From: Octopus bimaculoides
Lineage: Eukaryota
NCBI RefSeq assembly: GCF_001194135.2
Contig: NC_068987.1
Location: forward strand, 11,515,438 to 11,579,437
Direction: 5' to 3'
Length of the DNA: 64,000 bases
A program made the translations under genes and the position numbers. The notes under the pieces are model-generated. The model was not told the DNA's origin, did no database searches, and worked only from the letters and a program-made list of their open reading frames with translations. Of the stretch, positions 1 to 13,076 are shown one piece after another. Each line of letters starts with the position of its first letter. The stretch's first letter is position 1.

Positions 1-59
<59 letters not shown>

Positions 60-60
60 T
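1..60. repeat. (AT)n(AC)n microsatellite (representative of dozens in the window)
   Basis: Direct reading; source of the many YIYI/HTHT pseudo-ORFs. Confidence 0.95.
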
Positions 61-1044
61 ATGTATAGCCACACATGGTTTGAAGCGCAGCGCAGTGACA
101 AAGTATACAAACAGGACCAGTTCAAATATGTTCGAGTGATATTTGAACATGTAAAGGGTTCCCGCTGTAGTTTGTTGTGGAGAAAAAAAAAATGCTTGAA
201 TGATTTTTTTTTTCCACAACAAACTACAGTGAAAAGCCTTTGCATGTTCAAATATCACTGAAACATATTTGAACTGATCTTTAAGTTTACATATCTGTGT
301 GTGCACACATGTGAATGCTTGTGTCAGTTTTTGGATTTGTGAACTTGAAAATATATGCTGTAATCTACTAACCTGTAATTGTAAACTATGTTGATTTTCA
401 CACACACTATATGTATATATATTATATACACAGACATATTCTCTCTATTAGTATTATTGGGTACTCATGTCTTTGTACTTGACATATAGAGCATATAATG
501 TGTGTGTGTGTGTGTGTGATCATTAAATGCATGGTCAAAGTCGGGTTGAAGCAGTCGGGTTTCTGGATAATTTCTGCAACAAGATTGCTGCCACCATTAC
601 TGTTAATGTTCGCTGCTATGGGTTGTATGCCTCCACTCTTTTTTTTTTTTTTGTTCTCTATTATCNNNNNNNNNNNNNNNNNNNNNNNCCCCCCCCCCCC
701 CCCATCTGACTTGTATTACCTCAGCCGTATTGAGGTCTCCATCATAACACTGGCTTACCTAAACAGATTCGTCCAACAAACATTTGAGTATATGTGCACA
801 AGTAAATACATATACATATGTGTTTGTGCAAGCATGTACACATATAAATATGTATATATGTTCCAAATAATCACCTTTGACCCAGATCCCCTTTTTTTTC
901 ATTATGGAGTCCATATCATGCGAAGAAGATTTTGGACTAAAATTACTATTGAGGTTTTATCGTTACCATGAAATATGACGAGTGAAACTGATTGGCAATA
1001 AATTCAGCTAAAAACTCGTTAAGGATTTTAATGTCTTTTGTTTA

Positions 1045-1872
1045 GTGTCCCAAAAGTCACTGATGATGAGTTTCAGTTTTTAATAACTTCCTTAAGTTTA
1101 CAAATAAATGCATGAAATTTGGCACAATATAAAGGGCATAACGGAAATTTTATATACATGAGTCAAATTTTGCAACACCACTACATCACATGAAAAATGG
1201 CATTGCTTAAATGGCAGCCATTTTCAGCTTTGCACGCTTGTATTCTTTCCAAAGCTTGCACCATAACACCCTCAAGAGTTTCAGACCCCACTACTCTAAT
1301 TTCTCTGTTGATGTTCTCCTTCAGTTGCACCGGGGTCTCTGGTTTGTTGATGTGAACCCTCCCTTTCAGGTATCCCCACCAGAGAAAATCTGGGTTAGTC
1401 AAGTCTGGGGAACGTGAAAGCCATTCAGGGTAGACCTCACATATGGTTCCAGCAAGATGGGGCAACTGCTCATACCGCAAGAGAAACAATGCAATTGCTA
1501 CAGCAGTGATTTGGAGAGAGAATTATCTCCTGCTATGGCAATGTCAACTGGCCTTCATGTTCTCCAGACTTGACTAGCCCGGATTTTTTCTTGTGGGGAT
1601 ACCTGAAAGAGAACATCAATGGAGAAATCAGAGAAGTGGGGTCTGAAACTCTTGAGCTTGTTATGGTGCAAATTTTGGGAAAAGCACGGGTGTGTGAAGC
1701 CGAAAATGGCAGTCATTTTTCATATGTGATGTAGTGGTGTTGCAAAATTTGACTCATGTATATTAATTTCCATTATGTCCTTTATATTGTATCAAAATTT
1801 CATGCATTTATTTGTAGAGTTAAGGAAGTTATTAAGAATTGAAACCCCTTAGTAACTTTTGGGACACCCTGT
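1045..1872. mobile_element. Non-autonomous fold-back derivative of a DD41D (rosa/Visitor-type) Tc1/mariner transposon
   Basis: Plus arm: WFQQDGATAH...WPSCSPDLTSPDFFLWGYLK with 41 residues between the 2nd and 3rd catalytic Asp (one stop). Minus arm: SRSPDLTNPDFLWWGYLKGRV. 1045-1250 is an inverted copy of about 1690-1872; right end GGGACACCCTG. Confidence 0.85.
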
Positions 1873-2955
1873 GTGTATAAATATATATATATATATACAC
1901 ACACACTTTATTTGTGGATTAACAATGCTACCTATGGTTTCATGTAGTAAATATTCGCAATTTTCAAGCATTATATTTATGAGTGTTGATAATCCCTCTC
2001 CATGTTGGATAGGGTTACTGCAGTTGCATATATGTAGGGTTAACTGATTTCATTTGAATCCCCTCAGTTTATTTTATAATCTAACATCGCTTGGTCTTTT
2101 ACTATAAAATAAATATTCTCTAGTCCTTCATTTCCCATCAATTAATCGTCCCTCTTACCCCCTACTTTTTTTTTTCCCTGCCTCGTTTCCATCTCTAACT
2201 CCCAAAATGTTTTCTTGGCTAGTACATTTGCGCCTCCACTTTTCCATCCTTTGATGAAATTTGTTGCTGCAGATTTTCTATGGCTGGACGCTCTTCCTGT
2301 CAGCAAGTAAGTTCGTATCTCCCCATGGCCAGGCATGCTTTTTCATGAAAGATTGGAAATGAACACAAGACCTGAACATTTGGGGGGGGGGGGGCAGTTA
2401 CAGTTGATTCCATCAACCCCAGTGTTTAACTGGTACTTATGCCATCGATCTCAAAAGGATGAAAGGCAAAGTCAACCTTCGTGGAATTTGAACTCAAAAC
2501 TTAAAGATGGGTGAAACACCACTAAGAATGTCATCCAGCGTGCTAATAATTCTACCCGTAATAATGGTGTTATAGTTATGTCAGTCTATGGTCCTACCAC
2601 CTACTCTGGAGCCATCACCATGCTGCATGATTAAGAAGCTTGCTTCCCAACCATATGGTCTTGGGTTCAGTTCCACTGCGCAGAACTTTGAGCAAGTATT
2701 TTTACTTTCTACTATAGCCCCAGGTCAACCAAAACCTTATGAATGGATTTGTGCATGGTTGATGGAAACTGAAAGAAGCCCATCGTATATATATATATAT
2801 ATACATGTGTGTGTGTCTGTGTTTACATTCCGATAACGTAGCAGTTCAGCAAAAATGGCCAATAGAATAAGTACTGGGGTCAGTCCTTTTGACTAAAATT
2901 TCTTCTAGGCAATGCCCCAGCATGGTCGCAGTCTAAAGGCTGAATCAAGTTAAAA

Positions 2956-3018
<63 letters not shown>

Positions 3019-3746
3019 CGCAGGAGTGGCTGTGTGGTAAGTAGCTTGCTTACCAACCACATGGTTCCGAGTTCAGTCTCACTGCGTGGCACCTTGGGCA
3101 AGTTGTCTTCTATTATAACCCCAGACTGACCAAAGCCTTGTGAGTGGATTTGGTAGTCGGAAACTGAAAGAAGCCCGTCATATATGTATATGTCTGTATT
3201 AGTTAAGCAGTTGCTAATACTTTCCCAAGGTGCCTCCCTAGTCTACAGCCAGAAGGGGTGACTTACACTCTTGTTTACAGCCTGCCACCAATCTGAGTGT
3301 TGTGTCATATTGAGATATATAGATGCAAGTATGTGGTTTCAGGTTCAGTACCACTGCATAGCACCTTTGACAAGTGTCTCCAACTTATAGCCCCAGGTCT
3401 GCCAATGCCTCTGAGGGAATTTGGTGAATAGAAACTGTGTAGTAGCCCACCATATATATGTCTTTGTGCCTGTGTTTGTTCCCTCCCGGACCCATCATAA
3501 ACCATTCCAGTGTTGGTTTATGCTATTTTGATAATAGTAAAGCACTGGTTAGATCTACTGTGAAGTTAATTATCTCCCCTCTCTCTTTTTTAACTGCGCT
3601 TGCTCATTCAAACATCGAATTCAGTTGCTAAACTGTCCTGCTGTTTCTTACCAGCTTAATAAACAGCGAAATAAATTAATGTTTTGGCTAGGAAACCCTG
3701 GGCAGCAACATTTGATAAGGCTTTTTGTGGTTTTTATTATAACAAT

Positions 3747-3789
<43 letters not shown>

Positions 3790-4087
3790 ATCATCATTAT
3801 CATTTAATGTCTGTTTTCCATGCTGGCAGTTTCCATGGGTTGAACAGTTTGATAGGAGCTGACCAGCTGAAGGGCTCTTCAGGCTCCATGTCTGTTTTGG
3901 CATGGTTTCTACAGTTGGATGCCCTTCCTAACGCCAACCACTTTACAGAGTGTACTGGATGCTTTTATGCAGCAGCACCAGTATGGGTGCTTTTTACGTA
4001 GAACCAACATTTATGACCCTGTAAGATTAGGGATGCTCAGCTGATGTGTGTTGTAAGGGCAATATATATGTGTGTGTGTATGTATGT

Positions 4088-5190
4088 ATCATCATCATCA
4101 TCATCATCATCGTTTAACGTCCGCTTTCCATGCTAGCATGGGTTGGACGATTTGACTGAGGACTGGTGAAACCGGATGGCAACACCAGGCTCCAGTCTGA
4201 TTTGGCAGAGTTTCTACAGCTGGATGCCCTTCCTAACGCCAACCACTCAGAGAGTGTAGTGGGTGCTTTTACGTGTCACCCGCACGAAAACGGCCACGCT
4301 CGAAATGNNNNNNNNNNNNNNNNNNNNNNNNNNNNNNNNNNNNNNNNNNNNNNNNNNNNNNNNNNNNNNNNNNNNNNNNNNNNNNNNNNNNNNNNNNNNN
4401 NNNNNNNNNNNNNNNNNNNNNNNNNNNNNNNNNNNNNNNNNNNNNNNNNNNNNNNNNNNNNNNNNNNNNNNNNNNNNNNNNNNNNNNNNNNNNNNNNNNN
4501 NNNNNNNNNNNNNNNNNNNNNNNNNNNNNNNNNNNNNNNNNNNNNNNNNNNNNNNNNNNNNNNNNNNNNNNNNNNNNNNNNNNNNNNNNNNNNNNNNNNN
4601 NNNNNNNNNNNNNNNNNNNNNNNNNNNNNNNNNNNNNNNNNNNNNNNNNNNNNNNNNNNNNNNNNNNNNNNNNNNNNNNNNNNNNNNNNNNNNNNNNNNN
4701 NNNNNNNNNNNNNNNNNNNNNNNNNNNNNNNNNNNNNNNNNNNNNNNNNNNNNNNNNNNNNNNNNNNNNNNNNNNNNNNNNNNNNNNNNNNNNNNNNNNN
4801 NNNNNNNNNNNNNNNNNNNNNNNNNNNNNNNNNNNTCTCAAGATACTTACACTCTGACGGGTATTCACATTGACATTACACATCCAACGGAGCATACTGG
4901 CTTCATTCCTTGCGAGCTTACGTATGTCCTCAGCAGTTACAGCCCATGTTTCACTGCCATGTAGCATGGTTGTTCGTACGCATGCGTCATACAGTCTGCC
5001 TTTTACTCTGAGTGAGAGTCCCTTTGTCGCCAGCAGGGGTAAGAGCTCTCTAAACTTTGCCCAGGCTATTCTTATTCTAGCAGCTACACTTTCAGCGCAC
5101 CCACCCCCACTACTAACTTGGTCGCCCAGATAGCGGAAGCTATCGACTACCTCTAGTTTTTCACCCTGGAATGAGATTAGGGATGTGCCA
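4088..5190 (-). mobile_element. RTE-clade LINE, 5'-truncated, gapped
   Basis: LEVVDSFRYLGD...AARIRIAWAKFRELLPLL...KGRLYDACVRTTMLHGSETW (RT C-terminal region); 3' UTR ends GGACGTTAAAC(GAT)n. Confidence 0.9.
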
Positions 5191-5989
5191 CCTAGGTAGG
5201 CAGTGCCTACCTTGAATAAAATAGATCGATAGCAACATTTTCCTCTCATGGCAAAATATACTCTTAATTCAATAAAATTATGAAGGTTACTCTGATCGCA
5301 CATAATACTGCTATAGTACACGTGTTGTGTACACTCCTACAACACCGATTTCTTTACTTGTTATAAAGGCAGAAATAGATCTGCCTTCAACTCAGTTGCA
5401 CGCCTGTGATTTGCTTATCTTTTATATGTTTTACTACATAAAGGTCACCAACTGCCTACCCTGAGTAATTACTGATGGCATATGCCCGATATGTATTTAT
5501 ACAGGTGGAGGTATGGCTGTGTGGTTCAGTAGCTCACTTTGCAAACAAGTGGTTTTAGGTTCAGTCCCACTGGACAGCACCTTCAACAAGTGTTTTCTGC
5601 TATAGCTCCAGCTTGACCAATGTTTTGTGAGTGAATTTGGTGGATGGAAACTGTATGGAAACCCATCATGTGTCTTTGTATTTGTCTCCTTCCCCATTCC
5701 ACTTGACAGTCTGTGTTATTTTGATTACTTCCCTGTAACTTAGCAGTCCAATAAGGGAAACCAATAGAATATGCACCAGGTTTTTAAATGTATACTGGGG
5801 TGGGGGTTGGGTTTGGTCTGTTGAACTAAAAATGAAAACCCCTTCAAGGCAGTTCTCCAGCATAGCCAGTGTCCAGTGACTGAAACAAAATATAACAAGA
5901 GCAGTCAGAGAGCGCAAACCTCTGCCAAGGCAACACCAATGTCCTCAGTCAACGTAAGATCATAATACTAAGAGTAAGGTAAATATAAG

Positions 5990-6182
5990 AAATAATCCAG
6001 AATTCTTGTCTGGTACTGGATCAATCCCAAAATCTAATCAGTCCGTGCCAGTCACAAGGCCAAACATCCCTGAAAGTTTCATCTGAATCCATCCAGCAGT
6101 TCTTCAGATATCTTGTCCACGGACAAACAAACAAACACGACTGAACGCAACACCTCCGTGTTTGCTAAAGTGGAGGTAAAAA
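5990..6182 (+). mobile_element. Helentron/HINE-like non-autonomous element
   Basis: AAAGTTTCATCTGAATCCATCCAG...ACAAACAAACAAAC then terminal hairpin ACCTCC...GGAGGTAA, a layout recalled for HINE/DINE-like elements. Confidence 0.5.
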
Positions 6183-6964
6183 TAAAGGCAAATACATGCC
6201 CAGGTAAATAACGTGCATGCTTATATTGTTGGAGGAATATTTTACTCTCTCACATTTGAAAAGGAAACCAAATCCGACCATTTTTCCCATCTTAATTTGC
6301 TTTGAGTCAATAAAAAGAACAGCATTGAATATGTTTCAATGAATAGTTCCCAGTCTTCACATTTTGCCATTTTAACCAATCTGTTACCATTTTAAATGTC
6401 ATGGTTTTTATGATATTCCCATTTTTATGTATTGTCCTCTTTAAGTATTTGAGAAAATGGGATTTTTCTGATGTCTGTACATATATCTTTTACTTGTTTC
6501 AGTTTGACTGTGGCCATGCTGGGGCACCGCCTGGAAGAACTTTCAGTCAAATGAAACAACCCCAGTACTTTTTTTTTTTCTTTAAGCCTGGTATTTGTTC
6601 TATTGGTCTCTGTGGGGAAACCACTAAGTTACAAGAATGTAAACACACCAACACAGGTTGTCAGGCAGTGGTGGGGGACAAAGACACACACATAAATATA
6701 CAATAGGCTTCTTTCAGTTTCTTTCTACCAAGTTCACTCAAAAAGGGTTTGGTCAACATGAGGCTATAGTAGCATTTTATTTGCCCAGAGTTCCACACAG
6801 TGGGACTGAACCCGGAAGTATGTAGTTGGGAAGCAAGCTTCTTACCACACAGCCATACTAACACCCATTTTTTTTTTTTGTTACATTGTAGCTAGATAAA
6901 AAAAAAAAAATCAGTGTCTTCAAATTAAAATATTACTACTTTGAATAAATCTAATTTAATTGGT

Positions 6965-7250
6965 ATGGAGCCATCCATCCATCTTCTCTTCCCCCTGGGA
7001 GATTCGTGAGAGCAGAGTCCTTGGGCACCTCTTCCATAAGGTCCCATCAGAAGAAACTATTATTACACTTTCTAAAAGGATTACCAAGCCTGACCAAATG
7101 GGGCTGTAGATATTGTCCAACTGTCTCGTCCTTGATCTAACCCTAGGGCTCCTACCAGTTAGCTCACATTGAAGGACCCATCTTGCAATTCTTTCCCGTG
7201 ACATGCTTGCTGCAATGGAACCGTGACCTCTCAATGCAGAGTTTGAGAAT
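6965..7250 (-). mobile_element. Old RTE-like LINE 3' fragment
   Basis: LRGHGSIAASMSRERIARWVLQCELTGRSPRVRSRTRQLDNI resembles the RTE C-terminal WFGH..R....R..K..L....G.RPRGRP..RW.D; GGAT-like tail. Confidence 0.55.
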
Positions 7251-7362
7251 ATAGAGTTTGTCATTAAACTAACTGGTGTTTGGAACATAAATTAACGAGA
7301 AATTTTGATGGAAACTTAATTTCAATCACTGTAAAACAGTAGATTGGTATCAAAAGGATTAA

Positions 7363-7544
7363 CCTTTTAGCATTTAAGTGGGCCATATCCAGTTCAAACA
7401 TTGTACCCGTTTTACGTCCAAACTAACCAGATCTGGCCTCTCACACCTATCCTACAATGTTATTCTAAAAATATAAAATCACATCTTAGTAATTTTGAAG
7501 CTTTGAGATAATGCTTGATTAAGTGACTGAATAATGTTAAAGGG
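7363..7544. mobile_element. piggyBac-like MITE (TTAA-flanked)
   Basis: TTAA|CCTTTTAG...TTAAAGGG|TTAA; same family as 62628-62855 and 62893-63115. Confidence 0.65.
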
Positions 7545-7582
7545 TTAAATATATAGTTTTTAGTGTGGGTTAGCTTCAAACA

Positions 7583-7905
7583 TGTGGAGGCGCAATGGCC
7601 CAGTGGTAAGGGCAGCGGACTTGTGCTCGGAGGATCGTGGTTTTGATTCCCAGACTGGGCGTTGTGTGTGTGTGTGTGTGTGTGTTTATTGAAAGAAAAC
7701 ACCTAAAGCTCCACGAGGCTCCAGCAGTGGGGGGGGGGGGGGGCGACCCTTGTACTCCTTCGCCCCAACTTTCTCTCACTCTTTCTTCCTGTTTCTTGAG
7801 TAACGCTGCGATGGACTGGCGTCCCGTCGAGCTGGGGGGAACACATACGCCATAGAAACCGGGAAACTGGGCCCATGAGCCGGGCTAGGCTTTAAAAGGG
7901 TGCAT
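7583..7905 (+). mobile_element. tRNA-derived SINE (third family)
   Basis: A-box-like TGGCCCAGTGG, B-box-like GGTTTTGATTCCC, then CTGCGATGGACTGGCGTCCC and AGAAACCGGG...GGGCCC body. Confidence 0.65.
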
Positions 7906-8564
7906 AATAAATAGCTTCAAACATACATTAGTGGTTATGAGTGATAGTAATTAAACGTTTGTTTTTAAGTGGCAAGCTGGCAGAATCGTTAGCACGCTGG
8001 GCAAAATGCTTGGCGGCATATCATCCATTTTTATGTTTTGCGTTCAATTTCTATCAACATTGCCTTCTGTCCTTTCAGGGTTGATAAAAATAAGTACCAG
8101 CTGAGCATTGGCGTCCATGTAATTGACTTTCCCCTCCCCTAAAAATTGCTGACCTTTTGCAAAAAAGTATTTTTATTTGTTTTGTTTTTTTTTATTCTAC
8201 TTGTTTTATGTGAACAATCACATCAACGAAATCTCAAAGCTATGAGCTAATGCACAATTAATTCAAAACAACATGAATAAGCACGCATTATATTTGACTC
8301 AAGTATCTGAATGCTAAATAGTTGAGCTTGAATAATGAAGCTCGTTAGTTAGGAAAGAAATAAGCAATCAGTCCATAAATTAAAAAATATCCTTGTGTAA
8401 CTGTGTGTCTAAGTTTATATACATGTAGTAAGAATAGGTGCAGGCATGGCTGTGTGGTAAGAAGCTTGCTTCCCAACCACATAGTTCTGGGTTCAGTCCC
8501 ACTGCATGGCACCCTGGGCTAACCAAAACCTCCTGAGTGGATTTGGGAGACGGAAATTGAAAAG

Positions 8565-8600
<36 letters not shown>

Positions 8601-9084
8601 TATGTGTGTATCTATTTGCTCCCCCGTCCCAAAACTCACTGGTTGACAACTGGTGTTGGTGTGTTTACGTCCCCATAACTTAGCAGTTCGGCAAAATAGA
8701 CCAATAGAATAAGTACTAGGCTTAGAAATAATAAGTCCAAGGGTTGAAGTGTTTGACTAAAATCCTTCAAGGCGGTGCTCCAGTACGGCTACAGTCAAAT
8801 GATGCTACGTTCTGAGTTCAAATTCCACCGAGGTCAACTCTGCCTTTCATCCTTTCAGAGTCGATTCAATAAGTACCAGTTATACACTAGAGCCAATGTA
8901 ATCGACTTAATCCCTTCCCCAAAATTTGAGGCCTTGTGCTTCCAGTAGAAAGGATTGATACACAACTTACCAACTGTTTCAATCTATGTTCTTTAAGTAT
9001 CTAGATAGAATATTTTGTTAACACCAGGTCAGCTCTGTTTTATCAAACATATAGTCAAAGACACTCCAAACATGACCATTCTGT

Positions 9085-9192
9085 CTTCATGCTGTGCCGT
9101 CAGAGTTCACGGAGTGAAAGGCTCTTACGACTTGCAGTCGACTGGGACTCTTCGGTCCATGTTTTAAGATAGGTCGGGTAGGTTGCCAATGC
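9085..9192 (-). pseudogene. Decayed 28S (LSU) rRNA fragment
   Basis: Minus strand GGCAACCTACCCGACCTATCTTAAAACATGGACCGAAGAGTC matches the conserved LSU motif CCCGACCCGTCTTGAAACACGGACCAAGGAGTC. The 9156-9175 segment is 16/20 identical to GACCCGTCTTGAAACACGGA, and all differences are transitions. Confidence 0.75.
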
Positions 9193-10597
9193 TTGTCGCA
9201 TTATTTTGCTGAATTCTATATTATTTCCAGAATTAATTAAAACGAAAACAGTGTATTTCAACAGAAATGGGTAATGAAAGAATTAAAACAGTATGGCGGG
9301 CTAAGAGTGAGATTTTGCTGCTGTTTCTAGCTGGTCAAACAATTGTCTTGAGACTGGACTCTATTTCACAGTTATGTGCTTGGTGAGCAGTAAGGTTTTC
9401 CTGTTGTGAAAACAATTGCTTCAATACAATAAATATAAACCATCCCATTTTTACAAAACATAGGAATATTAATGTAAAATAGATTATTATTACTGCACTT
9501 GAACAAGTTACTCTACTCTATTTAATATTGCTTGCTGTTTGGTCTACTTGCTTGAAACAATAACCTTAGAGCACAGAGCTCGATCAGACATAAAACCTCC
9601 AATGAATTGTCTCCTCCTACAATATCACTCTCGTTGATTATAAAACAGTAAGCACTAATGGACAATACTGAACCAAACCAATACTTTTATCTGCTTTAGT
9701 TATCTAATAACAGATCTATATAAACTTTTTACCCTAAAACTAAACTAAAGTTGATCAAAAAAAAAAGAAAAAGAAAGAAACACAAGATTACCGCTTTTCG
9801 ATCAAATATAACGTTTTTGTCTATATGTTAAAGCAATTGCTAATTGTGATTCTATACTAAAGTTATTGCTGAAATTGTTTTCTTTATCTATCTCTGTAAT
9901 ACTTAAACTAGCAGAGTGGGATGTTTCTTAACCAGGTAACAGTTTATCTGCTGCAAATGATGAGATCTTAACACACACACACACATATATATATATAGAG
10001 AGAGAGAGTTAGTTCATGATTACAAAAAAAAAATGGAAGAAAAAGACCGATTCTAGTTTCCTCTTGTACATTATTTACTTCACATATCCCTATAACATTA
10101 TAAGCATCAGGCACCAACCAAATGCCATTTAACTGACAGTAAGATCAACGTCAGCGTCTATGGCAAACAAACATGATAAAATTGAGCTGAGGCCAGCAGC
10201 AAGCTGAAGCTAATTACAACTTGGATTCTGTAGTTCCAAGCTGCAAATCTAAAATTATTGATTCCTTGCTGTGTGTTCTGTACACTTGACACAAGCTCTG
10301 TGTCAACACTATTGGAAAGTGTCTAAATTGATAAAAAGCTAAATTGTTTCTCTAGAAATTCTGTTGGTCGTTATGTTCTTACAATAAGCCATTCAACTTA
10401 AAAATACTGCACTCAGCTGCTCGTGTTTGTCTCCAGATATATGTACTGACAAAAACACGGATGTCAACACCTACCACATTTTCTCATTCACATGCACACA
10501 TTTGTGCATGCAAGCACAGACATACCTACACACACATACATATGTTAATAAGTGTATGTAGATAGATAGACAGACAGATAGATATGTGCATGCAAAC

Positions 10598-10630
<33 letters not shown>

Positions 10631-10779
10631 TAACTACCTTGTTTATGGTTTTTTTTGTGAGGCTATTAACTATGATACTAAGTGACTTAGAATAATACCT
10701 CCAATGTAATTAATATCAGTGATAATAATAGTGATTGCTGTATGTGATGAATTGAGGTTATTAGGACAAGCATCAACTT

Positions 10780-12600
10780 TCTCATTCTTTTTAGATGATG
10801 AAGTCAAAAACCAACCAAGGCATCACAAGAAATCTGCTTCTTTCCAGATCAAAAAAGTTTATAGAGTTACTACCAATCAACATTGTTACAATGAAAGGTT
10901 GGTCAGGAAAGAATGTGAAGATGCTAGAGCAGAAACAGATTGATGTGTGTTGTGTGCAAGAAATAAGATGGAAGGAGACCTCAGCCAGACACCTTGCAGA
11001 CAAGGAGCAACAGTACAAATTCTTCTGTGCTGGTAACAACAATGGAGTAAATGAAGTAGGAAAGGTAATGCTATTCCCTGTGAAATGAATAGATAAATTG
11101 AGGCAGTCAGAATGAATGACAGCATAATTATGCTTAGGGTTAGTTACTGACAATCTGTCTATGGCATTGAACTCTGCATACATTACAGAACTTCAGGAGG
11201 CTTGATCCTTCCTCAATTATTATACCACGTCCATAAGCTCCATGTACACCTTGGAAGCTCATAAAAGTGGTCCTCTGCATACTACCTCTATGTTAAAGAC
11301 AGCTTCATTATTGCAGTTACTTCGAGAACCAGTTGTCAATAGATGACAATACCATGACAGCTTCTAAAATGTCCTTGGAGGCTATGGTTATGGTACAAGA
11401 AATGAGGAGAGATCACGACTTCTGGAGTTCTACAGCATAAATGACTTAACCATTTTTCAATCAGGAAACAAAGCCAACTACCTGTTTACTCACCAGTCAG
11501 ATGAACACACAAGCAACATAGACTCCATTCATACAGAATATGGAACAGACAGATAATTGTCAATGTTAAGTCTTTTACTGGTGAATAATTTACCACCTGA
11601 GTTTTGTGATTACTGATTTCAGAATAAGAATTAAATGAACCAAGAGGTTCAAAACAGTTTGGAGAAAGAAGATATGGATGCTTAAAGAGCCAACAAACAA
11701 TAAGAGGTTCAGAGAAGTACTAGTTGAAGCATTTGATGAAAGGAAGGGTGAGATGGAAACTTATAACATAGAGAAAACACGACAACCTACTGAAAGTACC
11801 AAGATTTGTGACTGGTGAGAGGTTCCAACCACAAGCAACATGGTGGTGGAATATAGCTGTGTACAAAGTGTTTAAACTTAAGATTCAGGTTTGGGTAGAC
11901 TGGAAAAAAAGGGGATAACAAAAAAATAAAACAATGTCAGACAGCTAGATGAGAAACTAGACATCAAGTGTACATAGGAAGAAGAGATGTAGAAAGGAAG
12001 AAGTTTGCACAAGGTTTGTGACATAAGGATTAGGGGTGGAGTGTGTTCAGGATTGCTAAGCAGTGTATTAAAGAGAATCAAGATGCTGTCAGGGTATAAT
12101 GGGATTATAACGATGCACTGGCTCTCACTAATGCTAAAAAGAGAGATAGAAATACAACTCTGAAAGGCTGTTGAATGTGGAGAGTGCATGGAGAGAGAGG
12201 GGGGGGTCTGTTGCAAGTAGACCCAACAGAAGGATTAGGAGCTCTAGTTGACAACTGTATGACAGAGAGTGGTTACAAATATGAGAATGGGAAAGCAGCT
12301 GGCCCATCAGAAATATTCAATGAGATGCTTGAAATATCTGAAAAAATAGAGATTGAGTTAATCACTCAAATAGTCATTTAGATTACAGAGAACAGTTGTT
12401 CATATCTTGTGGCTGGTGTAGCAGTGTTATTGTAAAATGTTACAAAGGCAAATGAAAATGTGTTAGAAAGAGGAAATTTCAGGCATGGAAACAAAAACTG
12501 GAATTTGAAGGGCTTTAAGGAAAACTTAGCCAAAACTAAGATTACACTAAGGAGAAAAGAAAGCTGGATACTGCTACCATCCTAGAAATGGTTGTATTTA
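10780..12600 (+). mobile_element. Degenerate RTE LINE 5' portion (AP endonuclease to start of RT)
   Basis: NIVTMKG...IDVCCVQEIRWK...YKFFCAGNNNGVNEVG (APE motifs); later GKAAGPSEIFNEMLE (GKA.GPD-like); many stops and frameshifts. Confidence 0.8.
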
Positions 12601-13076
12601 GTATGCAGGAAAGGAAGAAATAGAAACTCCCCTACAGTGAGCCCAGAGGAAACACTGGATGTGCAAGATGTAGAGAAGGCGCACAGGCAGGCTAACAGCA
12701 AATATGACAGATGCTCAGAAGCATCAAGCACAAAAAGCATCCAGGTAATAAATTCCCTTGAGTACTCAGTTGGCTCAGTCAACAATTTTGTTGTTCAATA
12801 TTTACATTATTTACATTTGACAGATATCTGTCCTCATCTTGTTTGTTCGATCCCTTTTGCCAAACTTCTAAGTTACGGATATATATATATATATATATAT
12901 ATCAATGAAAAAAATCCAGTGAAATCCGAGAAGGTAGAGTCAGAAGATCTGGGTGGAGTGCTGGTATGTGGATGAAGAGAGGTGCTGAAAGTTAGGGAAG
13001 TGGTTCAGATATGCAAGTCCAAAGAGTTAGAAGTTCAGTCAGGATCAAACTGGAATAACTACGTGAGCATATAATA

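Noticed and set aside
3267-3292. Minus-strand microexon DWWQAVNKS (SH3-like WW)
   Set aside because: Weak acceptor, wedged between SINEs, and no partner SH3 exons found.
8971-9000. 30-nt minus-strand exon ILKEHRLKQL
   Set aside because: Good splice signals but sandwiched between repeats and not phase-compatible with the other candidates.
10214-10240. LGTTESKL* read as a peroxisomal PTS1 terminus
   Set aside because: Depends on an arbitrary phase choice with no upstream phase-0 exon; SKL* arises easily by chance.
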